DNA of 53,036 nucleotides from Bacteroidota bacterium (GTDB lineage: Bacteria > Bacteroidota > Bacteroidia > UBA7662). Both the position numbers and the translations under genes were made by a program. The notes beneath the pieces are model-generated. The model was not told where the DNA came from and searched no databases. It worked only from the letters and a program-made list of their open reading frames with translations. The DNA is taken from positions 1 through 53,036 of the forward strand of contig SYHW01000025.1 in assembly GCA_005799065.1 (NCBI GenBank), written 5' to 3'. Positions 12,155 through 22,620 of the stretch are shown one piece after another (within the stretch, counting starts at the first letter, position 1; the number at the start of each line of letters is the position of its first letter).

Positions 12155-14884
12155 TTAGGGCTTTCCTTTTGGTTTCATCTGTTCGCTAAAAAAAGCCAGA
12201 TACTCCGTCAGTAGTTTCTTGCTGTATATTTCATTGAATGTGTTTTTCGCTACGATAAAACTATGGTATTTGCCATCAGGCAGGCCCTTCAATAATGGGG
12301 CATACAGTTGGGTCGACTCAAAGTAAAGCAGGCCCCGCTGTTCGTTGGGCATCTCCCGCACCACCAACAATTGATATTCTTCGCCATAGAGCATAGTGCT
12401 CACCTTGAGTCGACTTGCGCTGAACTGCTCTTGGTTAAAATTAGACAATTTAACCTGCATTTCTTTGTGTCTATTCCAGACATCTAATGCGATGGCCAAG
12501 ACATAAAAGTGGGGCTCTTCGGGTTTGCGGTTAAACAGAGGCTCGAGGACACGGTCTTTCGTTTTAACCACTCCGGCGGGCTCAGTCCCCGCCTTAAGCC
12601 AATCATTGGCCAGTTCTGCCACAGGGTGGTTGGGGTATTTGCCCACAAGGCTGGTGAGGGCATCGCGGGTGGCCGTTGAATCACGCAGTTTGAGCAGGCA
12701 AATGGCAGACAAGAATTCGAAGTTGGGGATTAGCGGGTGTTGACGAAAACGAGCGCGCGCAGAGTCAGCCAATGCTACAGGCGTGGATGCATCTCCGTTG
12801 ATAAACGCTTGGTATGCACGCCGATACCAATTTTCGATGCGGACTTCATCTTCAGCACCCGGGGGCTTAAAGCTTTCCGGATTTAATAATAACTGGGCGA
12901 AATCCGATTCAGGAAACTCCCGGGTGAGGCGATCGTGTTTGATTTTCTGAGCGGCTTCCTGCTTGTTGAGTCCGTGCACCAATCCTGCCCTGTATAAGGC
13001 TTCTGGCTCGTATTTGCACCCCCTGTGGCCCGAGAGCAGCTGCTCATAATACTGGAGCGACAATGGATAATCGTTGAGTTTTTCATTGTAGATCTCTCCC
13101 AACTTCATCAGCGCCTTGCGGATCATTTCTACCGATTTGTCTTTTGCTTCTTCGGTCAGGGGGACTTTCGAAAGATAGTATGCTTTTGGGTCGGCCCGCA
13201 GCAGAGAATCTTCAGCGGCTAAGGCTGAGCTGTCTACCACTTCCTGATCACCTTCTTCAGCTTCACCTGATTTCTCCCGATTGGACCGCCTCCAAAAATC
13301 GGTCAACTCTCGGTTGCCCCAAAGCTGGCGGAATTCATTGTAGCCGCGACTAATATTCTGCTGATCATAGAAGTACCAGCCCCCCGAACCCGCTTGGCCT
13401 GGCATTCCGGGGTTGTTCATGCCAGGACGGCCACCAAAGGGGCTATTCATACCCATGCCCATTTGATTCATCATCGGGTTAAAAGGCTGGTTTTGGCTTT
13501 GTTGCGCTAATTTTTTAGCATTTTTAGCCTCTTCCTCGCGGCGTTTGTCGTCGCTGATCTTTTGGTCGATCCGCGCCAAGATCTGCTTCTCTGGCAACTC
13601 GGCCAAATCCAGCAGACTGTCTTGAATCTGAACGGTCGTTAGAGAGCGGGACAAATCGCCAAGAAACTGGCTTCTCCCCTTGATTTCGCGGTATCGGGGG
13701 TGGTCTTTTTTCAACAATTGATAACAACTATCGTAGTACAACTGCGCTTGGTTGTACGACCGCTCATCGAAATAGCGATCCGCGATGGCAGCAAAGCCCT
13801 TTGCTTTCTGAACCGTGTTTTTTCCTCCACAGTTCACCGAGGTCAGCAGAAGTTCCATGCCCTCCTGGGGTTGCCGCAATTGAAAGCTCAACATGGCGAG
13901 TTCGTAGTAGATCTCATCGAAGTAGTCTTGGTTGCGCACATCTTTGAGCATTTTCCTCAGGAGGGCCTGCATTTCGCGGTTGCTCATCGACTGACCATCA
14001 AACATGCGGGCCAGTTGAAGCCGGGCCTGGAATTGCATCTGATAGGGTGGACGAAGTTTGAGGCAGGCCTCAAAAGAGCGGGATGCCTTGCTTTTGGCTT
14101 CTACACCATAGAGTTGACCAAGAACGAAATGCATGCGGGCTCTTTCGATGCGTTTCCAGTCGTAGCGCAGCGCCTTTTCTAAGGGCTCGATGGCCTGTTC
14201 ATAGCGCTTTTGATTGATGTGAAACTCAGCACAAACAGCAAAAAATTCTCCCTTCAGCGATTTGGGAAATTTCTTATTGGCATTGATCAGCTCGATGGTG
14301 GCCTGGGCCTTCGAATACTGTTTGTTGGCGGCATAAGAGCGAATCAACCAGATCAATGCTTCTTGACCAATTGGATCTTTTTTCCATTTGGAGTGCACAT
14401 ATTGGAAGCTTTCTATGGCCTCGAAATAATCGCGCTTCATGAAATAGGCCTTCCCTATGAGGAGAAAACACTCGTCGACCCAACGGCTTACCTCATGCAA
14501 GGAGATGGCTTTTGAGCATTTTTTAACGGTTTCTTCAAATTGAGCCGCATATCCAGTGGCTGCTTCGGGCGTTCCATATACAAAAACCGGAAGAACACTG
14601 TTGTAGTCGTCGACATGCGCCTTGCGGATGTCGATGAGGGCCTCTTCGTACTTGATGAGCCCATTGAAATAAATGTTGTAATGAGCGGTGGTGTCGTGGT
14701 AGAGCTTGCGTGGACTTAGATCACGATGGCAAGAAAGCAGTTGAGTGAAGCACACGAGGATTGCTAAAGTCCTGAGATGTGGAACACGACGACGGCTCAG
14801 TTGGCAGGCTACAACGAACCGCTGAACTTGATGTTTTAAAACTGTGCGAATGGGCATCGAGAAAATGCAACCTTTAGATGGCAA
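12155..14884 (-). CDS. TPR lipoprotein, T9SS/gliding SprE/PorW-like
   Basis: Lipobox-like LLSC; YHDTTAHYNIYFNG; many TPRs; WYFY...WGNRELTDFWRR motif. True start is probably downstream, since TTG 14884 overlaps a -7 box at 14882-14889. Confidence 0.75.
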   Translation of the reverse strand: MPSKGCIFSMPIRTVLKHQVQRFVVACQLSRRRVPHLRTLAILVCFTQLLSCHRDLSPRKLYHDTTAHYNIYFNGLIKYEEALIDIRKAHVDDYNSVLPVFVYGTPEAATGYAAQFEETVKKCSKAISLHEVSRWVDECFLLIGKAYFMKRDYFEAIESFQYVHSKWKKDPIGQEALIWLIRSYAANKQYSKAQATIELINANKKFPKSLKGEFFAVCAEFHINQKRYEQAIEPLEKALRYDWKRIERARMHFVLGQLYGVEAKSKASRSFEACLKLRPPYQMQFQARLQLARMFDGQSMSNREMQALLRKMLKDVRNQDYFDEIYYELAMLSFQLRQPQEGMELLLTSVNCGGKNTVQKAKGFAAIADRYFDERSYNQAQLYYDSCYQLLKKDHPRYREIKGRSQFLGDLSRSLTTVQIQDSLLDLAELPEKQILARIDQKISDDKRREEEAKNAKKLAQQSQNQPFNPMMNQMGMGMNSPFGGRPGMNNPGMPGQAGSGGWYFYDQQNISRGYNEFRQLWGNRELTDFWRRSNREKSGEAEEGDQEVVDSSALAAEDSLLRADPKAYYLSKVPLTEEAKDKSVEMIRKALMKLGEIYNEKLNDYPLSLQYYEQLLSGHRGCKYEPEALYRAGLVHGLNKQEAAQKIKHDRLTREFPESDFAQLLLNPESFKPPGAEDEVRIENWYRRAYQAFINGDASTPVALADSARARFRQHPLIPNFEFLSAICLLKLRDSTATRDALTSLVGKYPNHPVAELANDWLKAGTEPAGVVKTKDRVLEPLFNRKPEEPHFYVLAIALDVWNRHKEMQVKLSNFNQEQFSASRLKVSTMLYGEEYQLLVVREMPNEQRGLLYFESTQLYAPLLKGLPDGKYHSFIVAKNTFNEIYSKKLLTEYLAFFSEQMKPKGKP

Positions 14885-14908
14885 AAATATTGTATTTCAA
14901 CTCAGAAA

Positions 14909-15556
14909 TTGTGCTTATTTTCGTGTTTTGTGCCGAGCGTGCCGCAACCCCCAAACATTGCACCACTCTTTTTGTACTATTATTATGTTGTTTATAAGCC
15001 CTTTGGGGTCCTGAGTCAGTTTACGACCTCCGTGGCCGGAAAAATTGGTTTGGGTAGTTTGTTTGATTTCCCAAAGGATGTTTATCCGGTGGGTCGACTC
15101 GATGAGGACAGCGAGGGATTACTTTTTCTTACTAATGACCCGCGGCAAAACGCTTATTGGTTGGGTCAGGGGGTCGAAAAGTGTTATTGGGTTCAGGTCG
15201 AGGGGAGGCCGACCCTTCACGATTTGGGTCCACTGACCAGAGGGATCAGCATCTCGATTAAAGGCCAGAAGCATCAGTGTTTACCTGTGGGGGTTGAGTT
15301 GTTTCATGAGGCGCCACTGTTGCCGTCAAGGAACCCGCCGGTACGGTTTCGGTTGTCGGTGCCGGACACTTGGTTGAAGCTCACGCTGCGTGAGGGAAAA
15401 AACCGACAAGTTCGCCGGATGACCGCTGCACTGGGCTTCCCAACCCTTCGCCTGGTTCGGTGGTCATTTGGGCCGTTCACCTTAGCGGGAATGGAGCCCG
15501 GTGAGGTTCGAGCGCTGAGCCCTGATTTGCTCAGTTCATCAAACTTTATGATTTAG
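14909..15556 (+). CDS. RsuA/RluE-family pseudouridine synthase
   Basis: [27 protein letters not shown] and [23 protein letters not shown] motifs. Start uncertain. Confidence 0.88.
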   Translation: MCLFSCFVPSVPQPPNIAPLFLYYYYVVYKPFGVLSQFTTSVAGKIGLGSLFDFPKDVYPVGRLDEDSEGLLFLTNDPRQNAYWLGQGVEKCYWVQVEGRPTLHDLGPLTRGISISIKGQKHQCLPVGVELFHEAPLLPSRNPPVRFRLSVPDTWLKLTLREGKNRQVRRMTAALGFPTLRLVRWSFGPFTLAGMEPGEVRALSPDLLSSSNFMI

Positions 15557-16767
15557 CCTTGCAGGATTTCGTGCCCCATCTTGTCGCGTTTGGTTTGGAG
15601 ATAGGTATGATTATGCGGATTAGGAGGGACTTCAAGGGCAACATGATCCACTACGGTTAATCCGTAGCCGATCAGGCCAGCCCGTTTTGTGGGGTTGTTG
15701 GTCATTAAACGCATATGTCCTATGCCGAGGTTGCGCAGAATTTGGGCACCAATTCCGTAGTCGCGTTCGTCCATCCCAAAGCCCAGCGCCAGGTTGGCTT
15801 GAACGGTATCCATGCCATTTTCCTGAAGTTTATAGGCTTTGAGTTTGTTGAGCAAGCCAATGCCGCGCCCTTCTTGGTTCATGTAGAGCACTACGCCCCG
15901 TCCATCTGCTTCGATGAGTTCCATAGCGCGTTGTAGTTGTTGACCGCAGTCGCACCGACAAGAACCGAAGATGTCGCCCGTCATACAACTGGAATGCACC
16001 CGAACCAAAACTGGGTCCTGGGGCGACCACTCTCCTTTCACCAAGGCCAGGTGCTCACGATCGTCTTGCAGTTGACGGAATGCCACCAAACGAAAATGAC
16101 CCCATCGGGTGGGCATGTCCACTTCAATTTCGCGGGTGATGAGGCTTTCGGTCTTCAAACGGTAGGTGATCAGGTCTTGAATGCTCACCAATTTCATATG
16201 AAATCGATCAGCTACCTGGCGCAGCTCCGGGAGGCGCGCCATATTTCCGTCGGGGCTCATGATCTCGCAGATCACGCCAACCGGGGGTAATCCGGCAAGG
16301 CGCGCAAAATCGGTGGCTGCTTCTGTGTGCCCTGCTCTGCGCAGCACACCTTCTTTTTTCGCTTTCAGCGGGAAAATATGTCCGGGGCGGGCAAAATCAG
16401 CAGTCTGGGCATGGGGCCAGGTGAGTGCTTGGATGGTAAGCGCCCTGTCTGAGGCCGAAATTCCTGTGGTCACCCCATGGCCAACCAAATCGATCGAAAC
16501 GGTAAAGGGTGTTTCATGGGGTGTTGTGTTGGCATTCACCATCAGATCGAGTCCCAACTGTTCGCAACGTTCCTCAGTGAGGGGGGCGCAGATTAGTCCG
16601 CGTCCATGTGTGGCCATAAAATTAATCATCTCTGGCGTCACACAAGACGCCGCCGCCAGAAAATCTCCCTCGTTTTCGCGGTCCTCATCATCAACCACAA
16701 TAATCATTTCACCTAATCGAATGGCTTCAATGGCCGATTCTATAGTATCCAAAGGAATGTTTTTCAT
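15553..16767 (-). CDS. ribBA: Bifunctional DHBP synthase / GTP cyclohydrolase II
   Basis: [49 protein letters not shown] and TNNP motifs. Confidence 0.96.
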   Translation of the reverse strand: MKNIPLDTIESAIEAIRLGEMIIVVDDEDRENEGDFLAAASCVTPEMINFMATHGRGLICAPLTEERCEQLGLDLMVNANTTPHETPFTVSIDLVGHGVTTGISASDRALTIQALTWPHAQTADFARPGHIFPLKAKKEGVLRRAGHTEAATDFARLAGLPPVGVICEIMSPDGNMARLPELRQVADRFHMKLVSIQDLITYRLKTESLITREIEVDMPTRWGHFRLVAFRQLQDDREHLALVKGEWSPQDPVLVRVHSSCMTGDIFGSCRCDCGQQLQRAMELIEADGRGVVLYMNQEGRGIGLLNKLKAYKLQENGMDTVQANLALGFGMDERDYGIGAQILRNLGIGHMRLMTNNPTKRAGLIGYGLTVVDHVALEVPPNPHNHTYLQTKRDKMGHEILQG

Positions 16768-16780
16768 AGGAATAGATCAA

Positions 16781-16815
16781 CAAAGATACGCAAAGAGGTA
16801 GATTGTGTAATTTTG
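16781..16815. promoter_or_regulatory. Back-to-back -7 promoter elements for ribBA (minus, TATCTTTG, 16781-16788) and the O-antigen ligase gene (plus, TAATTTTG, 16808-16815)
   Basis: Two exact TAnnTTTG matches pointing outward in a 67-bp divergent gap. Confidence 0.65.
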
Positions 16816-16834
16816 ATAGATTTTCAACGTTTGG

Positions 16835-18205
16835 TTGGATTTATTGTTCAAAATGTCCTATAGCTCCTCTAGCGCATCAATTTCTCCGACCACTTTACCG
16901 CTGGCCTTTCGGTCCGAACAAATTTCTTTTGGTCTCCTGGTATTGATGATGGTTTTTTTGCCGCTATCCAAAGCGGTAGTGAGTGTGGCCGAGGTCTTGC
17001 TGTTGCTGACTTGGCTCATAGGTTTTTCGGATTCGGGCATTCGATTGAGAAGGATCGCCATCTGGCGGTCGTCGCACTTCTTGTTTTTTTTTCCAGGTTT
17101 TTATTTGTTGATGCTGTTGGGCATGGGATATTCCGCGGACTGGGAGGAAGGACTTCAGATGCTCAACCGATATCATTACTTGCTGACCCTACCCCCAGTG
17201 GTGGCCACATTATCGTTGAGCGGCAGGCGCATGAGAACCCTGTTTCTCGCTTTTGCTTTGGCACAGATTCCGGTTGCGCTTGGGGTGCTTTATATCGTAG
17301 CCACTGGCCAAGAACTACACCATGGCACACTTCACATCCCCAGTCCTTTTCATCAGCGACCTCGTGCCAGTTTGTTTTTGTGTTTTAGCTTATTTATCCT
17401 GGCGGAGTATTTGGTGACTCACTATAAATCGCTCAATGCCGAATCACGAACAGCCATGGGACTCGTTGTATTGTTGAATTTGGCCGCTTTGATTCTCATG
17501 CAAGGGAGAATAGGTCAGTTGGGGTTGGTTGTTTTAACTCCGTTGTTTTTACTGATGTATGTGTACCGCAAGGGACCAGGTCTGAAGAAATTTGTATTTG
17601 CCGTTTTGTTGATTGCGGGCCTCGGAGGAGCCCTCTATACTTTATTTGACGGGGTACGCAGGCCGTTTAATGAAGCGGCCGCAGAGGTGCAAGAAAGCCG
17701 AAGTGGATATCCGAATAGTGAGCCCAATTATTCATCGATGGGCCGTAGGATGGCGTTCTATGAAGTCTATTGGCCTCTTTTCATTCAAAATCTGGGATTT
17801 GGCGTAGGAACTGGAGATTTGACGCGCGAAGGCAAGCCGTTGTTTGCTCAACAACCGCACGGAATTACCTACGATCGACCCCACAACCAATTTCTGGAGA
17901 TTGGGATCTTATTGGGTTTATTTGGTCTTTTGGGGTTTGTTTTGGCCTGGTGGGGCAGTGTTCGCGCTTTCGACCCTGCTTTTCGTTTATTGGGTTACCT
18001 CTTTGTGGCACTGATCTTCATGAGTATGTGGAGCGATTCAACCCTAGCCACTCAGGGCGGTGTTTCATTTTTTATGATGTTCATGGCGTTATTTATGTGC
18101 CGCCCCGCCGATGATGCGGGTCGGACTCCTTGGAATCTCAGTCGTGTTGGCCGAACTACCGTAGCCAAAAAGCTATTGGAGTTGCCTGAAACGGCCAAAA
18201 GCTGA
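16835..18205 (+). CDS. O-antigen ligase / Wzy_C-family membrane protein
   Basis: Many TM segments; QGRIG, SMGRR, GVGTGD and PHNQFL..G...GLFG motifs. Probable start at ATG 16853. Confidence 0.8.
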   Translation: MDLLFKMSYSSSSASISPTTLPLAFRSEQISFGLLVLMMVFLPLSKAVVSVAEVLLLLTWLIGFSDSGIRLRRIAIWRSSHFLFFFPGFYLLMLLGMGYSADWEEGLQMLNRYHYLLTLPPVVATLSLSGRRMRTLFLAFALAQIPVALGVLYIVATGQELHHGTLHIPSPFHQRPRASLFLCFSLFILAEYLVTHYKSLNAESRTAMGLVVLLNLAALILMQGRIGQLGLVVLTPLFLLMYVYRKGPGLKKFVFAVLLIAGLGGALYTLFDGVRRPFNEAAAEVQESRSGYPNSEPNYSSMGRRMAFYEVYWPLFIQNLGFGVGTGDLTREGKPLFAQQPHGITYDRPHNQFLEIGILLGLFGLLGFVLAWWGSVRAFDPAFRLLGYLFVALIFMSMWSDSTLATQGGVSFFMMFMALFMCRPADDAGRTPWNLSRVGRTTVAKKLLELPETAKS

Positions 18206-18234
18206 GCCGTCTCATTCTTGTTTACCTAGGTCCT

Positions 18235-19770
18235 ATGCGCCACCTCTCATACACCATTTTGTTCATCGGGTGTGGGTTGTGGCTGATTTTGACACCACTC
18301 AAACCGCTTTGTGCAAGGCCCCATATCATGGATGCGCGAGGAGACCCCAGGATGCAGTTTATCGCTATTGAATCAGAGTTAAAAGGGGTTATTCAGCAAC
18401 GCGTTTTTGGTGGCGATGGCGCTGGGTTTTATGTCTATCAGTCGAACGGTCGCGATCGCCTCATCGAAAAATACAACTATGAAGGTCGCCGAATCTTCTC
18501 GCATACCCTTCCTTTTCAAGACCGCAGTGTGGAGGTGGTGGAATTGTTGGTGCGAAAACAAGATGTTTTGGCTTTTTTCTCCATTTACAACCCAACCTAC
18601 CGCAGGCATGGTTTGTTTGTTCAGCGATTTCCCATTTCGGGTGAGGGGGTAGGAGAACCTGAGTTGCTGCTGGATCGCTTGGAGGTGGGCAACCCATCTC
18701 GCTCAGAATTCCATATTTCGCCAGATCCACTCAATCAAGGCTTTATGGTGATTCATATGCATCATAACGAAGCTTTGGAAAGTCAACTTTTCGCAGCAGA
18801 ATACAGCGGAGGTCGACAAAAACTAAGGGAATCGCTGTTCAGGATCCCTGTAGAGGCCGAGAGACCGAACATCGAAGACCTGCAACGCGATACCGCTTCG
18901 AATGTCATCCTTTTGGTGCGACAAGAAGCCAAGTCTCGCCGCCGCTCAGCATCCGCCGAAGGTTCTGCTGCCGAGGACACTCTGTGGAGATTATGGTGCA
19001 TAGAGTCGGGGCGCCTCGATTTCACGGAGCAGGCCATAACATTTACGGGGTATAACCTACCCGAATTGGCGATGGGCATCGACCGCTCCAATGGCCTCAT
19101 TCATTTAACCGGATTTTTGTTGCGGCCTGGTGAAACCACACCAGCGGCCGTAGGGTGGATCAGTTGTTTAACGAAGGACATGGAGATCACGAATCGAAGA
19201 GTAGTGGTCCTCGAGTCCACGTTTCTTCAGAGTATGACGCAGATTCGTGGTTCCCTTCGCGAAAAACAGCAAACCCCATATAGAATGCATCCGCCCATTC
19301 TCCGCAGCGACGGAGGTTGTGTCCTTTTGGGAGAGGCGTCCTACCAGACTGTACAGACTTTTGTGCAATACAGCCAGGGTTTTCCAGTCTATCGAGAGGT
19401 TTCCCGCTTTCACAACGATGAGATCATTCTGATTTCCATCAATGCGCAGGGGAACTTGAGTTGGCGACAGATTATTCCCAAAAAACAGGTGGCGAGCCAA
19501 CCCACACCCATGCATTCCGCGGCGCGAATTGCGGCAAGCTCCAGCATCCACTTGCTCTACAACGATGAGAGCAGCCAACGGAGCCGAATGGTTATGCAGA
19601 CCATAAAACACCAAGGCGATGTTGATAACAGCATCCTGAGAGACCCAATCCTGGATGAGTTGATGCTTATTCCGGCCGATGCATGCCAAATCAGCCCCTT
19701 AACCCTGTTGATACCGGCCCAAAGACGGAAAAAAACCGGGGTATTGCGTTTGACCTTAGAAAACCGTTGA
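18235..19770 (+). CDS. Hypothetical secreted beta-rich protein
   Basis: 511-aa ORF with signal peptide, in operon position; no catalytic motif recognised. Confidence 0.7.
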   Translation: MRHLSYTILFIGCGLWLILTPLKPLCARPHIMDARGDPRMQFIAIESELKGVIQQRVFGGDGAGFYVYQSNGRDRLIEKYNYEGRRIFSHTLPFQDRSVEVVELLVRKQDVLAFFSIYNPTYRRHGLFVQRFPISGEGVGEPELLLDRLEVGNPSRSEFHISPDPLNQGFMVIHMHHNEALESQLFAAEYSGGRQKLRESLFRIPVEAERPNIEDLQRDTASNVILLVRQEAKSRRRSASAEGSAAEDTLWRLWCIESGRLDFTEQAITFTGYNLPELAMGIDRSNGLIHLTGFLLRPGETTPAAVGWISCLTKDMEITNRRVVVLESTFLQSMTQIRGSLREKQQTPYRMHPPILRSDGGCVLLGEASYQTVQTFVQYSQGFPVYREVSRFHNDEIILISINAQGNLSWRQIIPKKQVASQPTPMHSAARIAASSSIHLLYNDESSQRSRMVMQTIKHQGDVDNSILRDPILDELMLIPADACQISPLTLLIPAQRRKKTGVLRLTLENR

Positions 19771-19812
19771 AATTTTTGACTTTTCATGTCTTTTTTCTGC
19801 AAAAGCACTTTT

Positions 19813-19820
19813 TATATTTG
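19813..19820 (+). promoter_or_regulatory. -7 promoter element (TATATTTG)
   Basis: Exact TAnnTTTG match 14 nt upstream of GTG 19835. Confidence 0.55.
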
Positions 19821-19834
19821 ACTCGTCTGAACTT

Positions 19835-20839
19835 GTGAAGCATTTCATCAGCATACTGACCGGAAGGAAAGGGGAGCTTCAATCCATCTGTGCGCTCATT
19901 CTTACTGTTTTATTGAGCCAAGTTAGTCCGTTCGAATACAAGACGTATCAAGTGGGTGTAATCAAATTCACCACCCTTGAAGGGGTTGGGTTTTCTCTCA
20001 GTTGGTTTTTTTTAGCAGCAGCTGGATGGATGCTCAACCAAACATTTCAGTCGCAGCGCCCAGATGGCACCCGAAACGCATTGTATTTCCTTTCTTATAC
20101 GCTTTTGTGTTTGTCGATTACCGATGCGGAACAGCTGTTTTCAACCTCCGCCGTCGGATTGTTGTTTGCTGTATGCGTTTCCTGTTTGCATCAGGCCACA
20201 TTCCAAAAGCGGCCTGAGGGGCTGGTTGCCCTATCGGGATTTCTTATGTCCTTGCTCATTTTGATTTTCCCGGCTTCCTATCCCTGGCTGCTCATATTGT
20301 TTCTGTTGCTCATTTTGGCCGAAGAATTTTCTTTTAGAATGCTTGCGGTGTTTTTAGTTGGGGTGCTTTTGGTCCCCTATTTATGGTTTTCACTCTCCTA
20401 CTTGTTTCAACAACCCCTTATTTTTTGGGGTTGGGTGGGATATAGGCCATGGGCAGAGCCTGTGTCGATGGGGTCCTCTGTCTTCTTGCCATGGGTCAGT
20501 GGGTTAGGGGTATTTCCAGTGATTGCGGGGATGACATCAACGCTTATGAATCGGCAATCCCGGACCCGGATTTCTAGGACAACACAGCGTCATATGGGAA
20601 TCTTGCTCGTCTCAGGCATCTGCTTACTTATTTTGGCATCTACCCAGATCATTCCCCTTAATCCGTTGTCGCAGGTCCTTTTTTTATTGCCTGCATTGTC
20701 TTACATATCGGCGCGTGGAATAGAACGCATGGCGCAGAATCCTTACAGTGAGCTGTTCCTCTGGCTGTGGATGGCTTTGGTTTGTGGTGGTGCTGAGGGG
20801 CTGAATCGTTGGGTATTTTCATCATTTTTGCCTCTATGA
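19835..20839 (+). CDS. Hypothetical polytopic membrane protein (possibly DUF6427-like)
   Basis: About 9-10 hydrophobic segments; stop overlaps the purQ start (ATGA). Family label is tentative. Confidence 0.65.
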   Translation: MKHFISILTGRKGELQSICALILTVLLSQVSPFEYKTYQVGVIKFTTLEGVGFSLSWFFLAAAGWMLNQTFQSQRPDGTRNALYFLSYTLLCLSITDAEQLFSTSAVGLLFAVCVSCLHQATFQKRPEGLVALSGFLMSLLILIFPASYPWLLILFLLLILAEEFSFRMLAVFLVGVLLVPYLWFSLSYLFQQPLIFWGWVGYRPWAEPVSMGSSVFLPWVSGLGVFPVIAGMTSTLMNRQSRTRISRTTQRHMGILLVSGICLLILASTQIIPLNPLSQVLFLLPALSYISARGIERMAQNPYSELFLWLWMALVCGGAEGLNRWVFSSFLPL

Positions 20840-21534
20840 AAATAGGCGTTGTCGTATTCCCAGGATCTAATTGCGATGAAGATACCCTCTATGCATTCGA
20901 ACAATTAACGGGTAAAAGGCCAAAAATCATTTGGCACAAGGAAACAGACCTGGGCGGTGTGGATTTAGTGGTGCTTCCGGGCGGTTTTTCCTATGGCGAC
21001 TATCTTCGGTCGGGGGCCATTGCTCGGTTTTCTCCGGTTATGGAAGCCGTGATGCGGCATGTGCAACGGGGCGGATTCCTCCTGGGTATTTGCAATGGTT
21101 TTCAGGTACTCACTGAAGCCCGATTGGTGCCCGGTGCGCTCCGCCACAATACCAGCCGACGTTTTGAATGTAGACCCGTTTACATCAAACCGTCCACCAC
21201 CCGGAGTCTGATGACCCGGCACCTCGACCCCAATCAACCCCTGCTCATCCCGATCGCCCATGGCGAAGGCAATTATTTCATCGACAGCGACGGCTATCAA
21301 TCCCTCTTGGACGGTGATCAGGTGTTGTTTCGTTATTGTGGCCCCAATGGCGAACTCGCGGATGAATGGAACCCCAACGGATCGATGGGGCATATCGCTG
21401 GGGTATGCAACAAGGAGCGTACGGTTTTTGGGATGATGCCTCATCCAGAGCGGGCCTCGAGTGCTTTGCTCGGCATGACCGACGGAACATTAATATTGTC
21501 GTCACTGCTTGGCCTATCGGTCATTGAGGCCTAG
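20836..21534 (+). CDS. purQ: Phosphoribosylformylglycinamidine synthase glutaminase subunit PurQ
   Basis: MKIGVVVFPGSNCD, PGGFSYGDYLRSG, GICNGFQ, IAHGEGNY, NPNGS and MMPHPER motifs. Confidence 0.96.
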   Translation: MKIGVVVFPGSNCDEDTLYAFEQLTGKRPKIIWHKETDLGGVDLVVLPGGFSYGDYLRSGAIARFSPVMEAVMRHVQRGGFLLGICNGFQVLTEARLVPGALRHNTSRRFECRPVYIKPSTTRSLMTRHLDPNQPLLIPIAHGEGNYFIDSDGYQSLLDGDQVLFRYCGPNGELADEWNPNGSMGHIAGVCNKERTVFGMMPHPERASSALLGMTDGTLILSSLLGLSVIEA

Positions 21535-21590
21535 ATTACATAATATTTTTCATTAAGCGCTTGTTTTTTGGCCTAGTAAAAGAGTGGGGT

Positions 21591-22607
21591 TTACCCCCCA
21601 GACAGTTGGTTGACCCATGCTCGAGCTGCCCGAAACGACGACATTCGACCTTCCGACACCTCCCTTTCCATTTGTTCCATGACCCGTCGCAGCGGGATGT
21701 CTTGTTTTATCCGAACAAGCCACTGTTCATAAACGCTTCGTTTAAAAGCTTCCACTTCTTGCCGACTGCGGTTTTGTTTGAGCCTACCCGAGGCGAATTC
21801 ATGGTCAAAAAAGTGATCAATGGCCTCAATAATTTCTATATGCCCCGTTTCGGGTGGTGTCGACGAACACAACAATATCGGCTCCATACTTGAATCCGAA
21901 GCTTGGGGCATCATACGAGCCACATGCAAAAGACGTGCGGCAGCCTCCCGGGCTGCGGGCAATGAAGACCCGTCGGCCTTGTGCACGATCAGGAGGTCGG
22001 CATGTTCCATGATACCCCTTTTGATGCCCTGTAATTCATCGCCCGTTCCAGGCATCAACAGCAGCATAAAGCAATCCACCAGATCCGCGATCAAGGTCTC
22101 GCCCTGACCGACACCGACCGTTTCTACCAACACCCAGTCAAATCCAGCAGCCTCACAGAGCAGGATGCTCTCTTTGGTAGCGCGGGCAACACCGCCAGGG
22201 ATGTTGCCCGACGGACTCGGACGAACATAAGCGTGCGGATGGGCAACCAAACGATCCATCCTTGTTTTGTCGCCCAAAATACTTCCGCCACTGAGGCTAC
22301 TGCTTGGATCGATGGCAAGTACGGCCACCCTATGCTCCCGTTCAATGAGCTTTATCCCCAAGTAATCGATGAAGGTGCTTTTTCCAACGCCCGGAATGCC
22401 CGTAATCCCAATTCTTCGGCTGTTTCCTGTAAATGGTTGTAAGAGGGATAAAAGAACATCGGCACGCTCCTGGTCGGATGCCAGGCTGCTTTCTACCAAG
22501 GTAATGGCTTGCGCCAGCGAACTTCGATCCCCTCCACGGATGCGGTCTGCCCATGACTGCATGTTGTTGTCTTTTGGAAAGGAAGTCGGCGCGGACAGAC
22601 TCATCAT
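21591..22607 (-). CDS. meaB: Methylmalonyl-CoA mutase-associated GTPase MeaB
   Basis: [42 protein letters not shown] and HKAD motifs. Confidence 0.95.
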   Translation of the reverse strand: MMSLSAPTSFPKDNNMQSWADRIRGGDRSSLAQAITLVESSLASDQERADVLLSLLQPFTGNSRRIGITGIPGVGKSTFIDYLGIKLIEREHRVAVLAIDPSSSLSGGSILGDKTRMDRLVAHPHAYVRPSPSGNIPGGVARATKESILLCEAAGFDWVLVETVGVGQGETLIADLVDCFMLLLMPGTGDELQGIKRGIMEHADLLIVHKADGSSLPAAREAAARLLHVARMMPQASDSSMEPILLCSSTPPETGHIEIIEAIDHFFDHEFASGRLKQNRSRQEVEAFKRSVYEQWLVRIKQDIPLRRVMEQMEREVSEGRMSSFRAARAWVNQLSGG

Positions 22608-22620
22608 GAAAGACCTATAT

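Noticed and set aside
16768-16834. FMN riboswitch upstream of ribBA
   Set aside because: The promoter box is only 13 nt from the ATG, leaving no room, and no RFN-like sequence is seen.
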